Part shown: positions 59,979 through 64,000 of the stretch, piece by piece
Numbering within the stretch: position 1 is the stretch's first letter
How the letters are laid out: every line of letters begins with the position of its first letter
Source: Chloroflexota bacterium
GTDB taxonomy: Bacteria; Chloroflexota; UBA11872; VXOZ01
Direction: 5' to 3'
Length of the DNA: 64,000 bases
NCBI GenBank assembly: GCA_964291655.2
Contig: OZ219802.1
Location: 2,176,001 to 2,240,000, forward strand
Position numbers and translations under genes: made by a program
Notes under the pieces: generated by a model
Told to the model about the DNA's origin: nothing
The model's database searches: none
Seen by the model: only the letters and a program-made list of their open reading frames with translations

Positions 59979-61586
59979 TCACATGCGCTGTCTTTCGAAG
60001 ATAGCTGCGACGTGCGTTTCGCTCAGCGCGCGGTTGTAGAGCCGTACGTCGGACAGGCTGCCGCTGCAGGGGCCGATTTGGCCGTTGCCGATTTGTAGTG
60101 GTTCTTCTATCGAAAGATCGTAGTCGGCGGCGTGGAAGGACGCGGATTCTGCTGCCAAAGCGCCGTTGACGTAGAGCCGCAGAACGGCACCGGCCCGTAC
60201 GGCGGTCAGGTGATGCCAGCCGCCCGGCAGCGCATGGTCGTGGGTCACGTTTCTGCCGGCCTCCAACGAGAGCACGTTACCCGACGGCAGCGTGCCGCAG
60301 AACAGGCGGCCCTGGTAGACGGCCATGGTCCAGGCGCGGCGGTATTTGACGTCCGGCGTGGTGTCGAGCTGGCCGGTGGACACCCACTCTCCCTCACCGT
60401 CGTAGCGGTAGACGCTGCCGGTGGGCAGGGTGCCGGCGTAGAGCTTGCCGTTGTAGACCATCATGCCCATGACTTCCAGCTCCTCGCCCAAGCGACCGCA
60501 ATCCAGCCACGGCAGACCGTCGTCCTGGCGGTACACGGACCCGCTGGGCCACACACCGGTGTGCAGGCGGCCCTGATACGAGGCAAACGAATAGAGCTGG
60601 GTGGAGTCCGACGCATTGCCGCGGAAAGACCAGCGGCGGTCGCCCTCGTAGCGAAACACGCCGCCCACGTCGTAGCCGGTCGCGTACAGGCCGCCTTGGA
60701 AGACGCCCAGCACCGCGACCCGCGTGCCCGGATCGCCGCAGGGTAGCCAGGTCTTACCGCCTGCGTACCGGAACATGCCCGCCGAATACATGGCAGAACC
60801 GTAGAGCTCGCCGTTGTAGACGGCCAAGCCGAACACGTCTTCGGCGTCGCCGAGTTGGCCGCAGTCCACCCACTCCGTGCCGCCGGCGTAGCGGTAGACG
60901 CTGCCACCCGGATGGCGGTTTGGCGACTCCGGCAGACTGGAGCCCTGCGCGCGGTAGCAACTTACTCCCGCGTAGAGATCGCCGTCGTACACCGCCAGTG
61001 TGCTTACGGCATTGCAGTCTGCGGGCGCGCCGCAGTCCTCCCAGTCCGTGCCGCCCGCGTAGCGGTAGACGTGCCCGGTCTCGCCCGCCTCACCCTCATA
61101 GGTGCCGGCGTAGAGCGAGCCGGCATGCACGGCCATGCCCATGACGCACTGCGCGTTGCCGGGCCTGCCGTTATTGGTCCAGTCAGGCTCAACTGTGTTG
61201 TCGTCTATGCCGAAGAAGACGTTGCGCCAGTTGCTCTGCGAGGAGGCCACGCCCGCGGCTGACTGGATGCCGAAGTTGAAGCCGCGCCGTGAAGTGGGGT
61301 CGAACTTGCTCAGGATGTCGCCGGGCACGTCGGTCGTGACGCGGTTGGTATTCACCCACGCTGCAAGGGTAAAGTCCGCTGTGCTTAGCGCCAGACTCTC
61401 ATTATGCGGGACTGTGATGGACGCACTGCGGCCATCGAACAAGGCCGCGCCTGGACCGCCTCCCAAAGGCAGCGGCGCAGTATAGGCAACACTGCCTTCT
61501 ATCCGGCCATGGTTGGCGTTACCTGAGTGATCGTCGCAATCGCCGTCTAGCGTCCAATGTCCGACTAAGCCTGCATGAATGTCCAC
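59979..61586 (-). CDS. LamG-like jellyroll protein with inserted beta-propeller repeats
   Basis: GTG start after AAGGAG; LVGHWTLDG, FTLAAWV, repeated VY.G.LYAG...VYRY.G...W, WHHLTAV, DVRLYNRAL. Confidence 0.85.
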   Translation of the reverse strand: MDIHAGLVGHWTLDGDCDDHSGNANHGRIEGSVAYTAPLPLGGGPGAALFDGRSASITVPHNESLALSTADFTLAAWVNTNRVTTDVPGDILSKFDPTSRRGFNFGIQSAAGVASSQSNWRNVFFGIDDNTVEPDWTNNGRPGNAQCVMGMAVHAGSLYAGTYEGEAGETGHVYRYAGGTDWEDCGAPADCNAVSTLAVYDGDLYAGVSCYRAQGSSLPESPNRHPGGSVYRYAGGTEWVDCGQLGDAEDVFGLAVYNGELYGSAMYSAGMFRYAGGKTWLPCGDPGTRVAVLGVFQGGLYATGYDVGGVFRYEGDRRWSFRGNASDSTQLYSFASYQGRLHTGVWPSGSVYRQDDGLPWLDCGRLGEELEVMGMMVYNGKLYAGTLPTGSVYRYDGEGEWVSTGQLDTTPDVKYRRAWTMAVYQGRLFCGTLPSGNVLSLEAGRNVTHDHALPGGWHHLTAVRAGAVLRLYVNGALAAESASFHAADYDLSIEEPLQIGNGQIGPCSGSLSDVRLYNRALSETHVAAIFERQRM

Positions 61587-61721
61587 GCTTTTCTCCTTCT
61601 TGGGTGTCCTCGCTAAGGTGGGAATGTCCGCTCTTGTTTCGTAAACTCTCGCGCAGTTGTTACTGTGGCATACGCACAGGTCGGGACGGAAAGATTCTCC
61701 CCTCACCCCGGCCCTCTCCCC

Positions 61722-62986
61722 TGTATAGACCGGGTTGATGGGTAACGCTTGTTCGGGTTGATAGGTTACACCTATAGGCATGGAGAATCTTGCAGCGGGA
61801 GGATGACCATGTCGTGGAAGGTGGAAACGCTTATGTCTGCCCGGGAAGAGTTTATTGCTCTGGCCAATAGTGGCGCGGTGAGAATGAGCGAATTGTGCGG
61901 TCGGTTCAACATCAGCCGCAAGACTGGCTACAAGTGGTTGCGGCGGTACGCGTCGGGGGGAGCGCAGAGCCTGCGTGACCGTTCGCACCGCACGCACACG
62001 TGTCCGCACCGCACGCGCCCGGCGATGGAGGAACGCATCATCGCGCTGCGTCTGGCGCATCCTACGAAGGGCGCCCATGTGCTGCGCAGAATGCTGCAGG
62101 ACCAGGGGCATACCGACGTGCCGGCCAAGAGCACCATCAATGCCATTCTCAAACGCCATGGGCTCATCGATCCAGCCCAGAGCGCCAAGCACACGCCCCA
62201 TGTGCGCTTCGAACGACCCCAGCCCAACGAGCTGTGGCAGATGGACTTCAAGGGACATTTCGTCATGCAGCAGAACCGCTGCCATCCGCTTACCCTCCTG
62301 GACGATCATTCCCGCTTCAACCTAGGTTTACAGGCCTGCGCCAACGAGCGGGGAGAGACGGTTCAAGACCGCCTCACCACTGTCTTTCGGCGCTACGGCC
62401 TGCCCCAGGCCATGCTCATGGATAACGGCTCCCCCTGGGGCAACGACAGTGCCCAGCCTTTTACGCCCCTCACCGTCTGGCTCATGCAGCTGGGCATCAG
62501 CGTGCTCCACAGTAGACCCTATCATCCCCAGACACTCGGCAAGCTGGAACGCTTCCACCGCTCGCTCAAGAGCGAACTGCTGGCAGGAACCAGCTTCACC
62601 GACCTGGAGCACTGCCAGGGCGCCTTCGACACCTGGCGCGACTTCTACAACTTGGAACGCCCCCATCATGCCCTCGATCTCGACACACCCATCACCAGAT
62701 ACACGCCTAGTCCGCGCCCCTTCCCTGAGACGTTGCCTGCCCTCGACTACGCTCCTGACGACCACGTGCGCAGCGTCGATGTCTCCGGTCGCATCTCCTT
62801 CCAGGGCAGACGGCTCCGTGTGGGCAGGGCCTTCACCCACAAACAGGTCGCACTCAGGCCTGCCCAAACCGACGGCATCTGGAACGTGCACTTCTCAATA
62901 CAACGCATCAAAACCATAGACCTCAGAGCACAAAATGTGTAACCTATCAACCCGAACACCTGTTACCTATCAGCCCAGTCTGTACA
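61722..62986 (+). mobile_element. IS481-family insertion sequence, variant B (1265 bp)
   Basis: TGTA...TACA ends; 6-bp TSD CTCCCC; inside CCCTCTCCC...GGGAGAGGG. Confidence 0.95.
61809..62942 (+). CDS. IS481 transposase
   Basis: Same DDE core as 17484-18617 with a divergent N-terminal HTH. Confidence 0.95.
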   Translation: MSWKVETLMSAREEFIALANSGAVRMSELCGRFNISRKTGYKWLRRYASGGAQSLRDRSHRTHTCPHRTRPAMEERIIALRLAHPTKGAHVLRRMLQDQGHTDVPAKSTINAILKRHGLIDPAQSAKHTPHVRFERPQPNELWQMDFKGHFVMQQNRCHPLTLLDDHSRFNLGLQACANERGETVQDRLTTVFRRYGLPQAMLMDNGSPWGNDSAQPFTPLTVWLMQLGISVLHSRPYHPQTLGKLERFHRSLKSELLAGTSFTDLEHCQGAFDTWRDFYNLERPHHALDLDTPITRYTPSPRPFPETLPALDYAPDDHVRSVDVSGRISFQGRRLRVGRAFTHKQVALRPAQTDGIWNVHFSIQRIKTIDLRAQNV

Positions 62987-62989
62987 CTC

Positions 62990-63256
62990 CCCCAGGGAGA
63001 GGGAGTAATCCGGCCTGCTGCCTAGGTTGGGCGAGGTTCCCTCTAGGGAGAGGGAGCAATCCCCGCCTGCCATTCAGGTCGATCTAACTTCTCACCAGGA
63101 AGAGGGAGTGATCCGCGCGTTCCGCCTGGGTTGTGCAGTAGCCTCCTCAGGGAGAAGGGGGGAATTCCCGCTCGCCGTTTAGGTTGTGCAAGTGTTTCCC
63201 CTGGGAGAGGGGGAGTTCTCATCTGCCCCTCAAGTCTTGTGAGGGCCGCCCCTAAG
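62990..63256. repeat. Degenerate ~51-bp tandem array (about 5 units), REP-derived
   Basis: Recurrent (A/G)GGAGAGGGAG...ATCC...AGGTT at roughly 50-52 bp spacing. Confidence 0.6.
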
Positions 63257-63311
63257 GAGACCTTTGCATAACTCCGGCCGGAGGCGCAAGAATTACCCCC
63301 TCTCCTTGGGA

Positions 63312-63599
63312 TGTATAGACCGGGTACATGGGTTACACATGTTCGGGCACATAGGTTACACCATAGAACGAGGGGATTTTCGTAGTATGCGATGTCCTTG
63401 CCTTGAAAGTTAGATCCGCTCAATATCCTTATGCACACAGTTTGTTTCTCTGGCACAAGCTGACAGGCTGAAAGTGAGTGCACTGTGTCGCCAGTCTCTT
63501 ATCAAACCCGGACCAACCCAATGCTCTCGTAGGTGTCAATCAGTAAAATGTGTAACCCATGTCCCCGAACAACTGTTACCTATGTCCCCGGTCTGTACA
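63312..63599 (+). mobile_element. IS481-type MITE, family A (288 bp)
   Basis: First 51 bp identical to the left end of IS481 variant A; near-TSD TGGGA/GGGGA; inside a REP. Confidence 0.9.
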
Positions 63600-63737
63600 G
63601 GGGAGAGGGTCGGGGTGAGGGGTCTTACCTGCTTTGCTAATCGTAATACATGTACAGTCAATCATTCTAGAACTAATCCGGTCAAGAAGATGCTCATGCT
63701 TAGAGCAATTTCACCCTCACCCTAACCCTCTCCCGTC

Positions 63738-64000
63738 TGTACAGACTGGGCTGATAGGTAACAGGTGTTCGGGTTGATAGGTTACACATTGTACTGATTG
63801 ACACCTTCGGGCGCTTTAGGTTGGGCAGAGAAATAGACGTTCCAGGCACCACGACATACTCATGTTCAGTTCGTGAGCTGGTGCCAGGGGAAAAACCGTA
63901 TCCATAAGGGTATTGAGTTGGTCTAACTTCCATGGCATGGACACTGCATACAACGAAAACTCCCATATTCGATGGTGTAACCTATCAACCCGAACATGTG
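63738..64000 (-). mobile_element. IS481-type MITE, family B, truncated by window edge
   Basis: Identical to the sequence from 6405 onward; inserted after CCCTCACCCTAACCCTCTCCCGTC. Confidence 0.92.

Larger units (their letters stand above)
63257..64000. mobile_element. GAGACC-ended REP-doublet MITE, truncated by the window, hosting two IS481 MITEs
   Basis: GAGACCTTTGCATAAC end; spacer shares ACAT.TACAGTCAAT and GCAA.TTCACCCTCACCCTA with 6700-6820. Confidence 0.65.

Noticed and set aside
59979-62309. 776-aa ORF suggesting a transposase-LamG fusion
   Set aside because: The first ~240 codons are antisense to the IS481 and its flank; the real gene starts at GTG 61586 after an AAGGAG RBS.
62990-63256. 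Possible CRISPR array
   Set aside because: Repeats are degenerate, the intervening sequences are similar to each other, and there are no cas genes.

Overview
GC-rich bacterial chromosomal segment, probably Chloroflexota (inferred from gene content and lipoprotein style). It has about 50 CDS: catabolic hydrolases, citrate synthase, a class A PBP, galU plus a GHMP kinase, a polyphosphate/Pho cluster, a FecBCD/BtuFCD-type ABC importer behind tRNA-Arg(CCT), a Phd/VapC pair, FN3 lipoproteins and a LamG/beta-propeller protein. Three things stand out. (1) A CHAD-ppx operon ends in two tandem thymidylate-kinase-like genes, one with an intact and one with a degenerate P-loop, next to arsC/phoU/phoR/phoB. 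This is a candidate heteromeric polyphosphate kinase. (2) A nested set of mobile elements is built on REP-like palindromes: two IS481 variants with swapped N-termini and matching MITEs, an IS1182, GAGACC-ended MITEs that carry REP target sites, TGTAAG-ended and IS4-like MITEs, and a 24-nt hairpin insert without TSD. Nearly all sit inside REP hairpins. (3) Tandem NrdR-like boxes overlap a promoter that reads into a tRNA and the ABC importer, with no ribonucleotide reductase gene in the window. All calls come from reading motifs by eye; no database searches were run.
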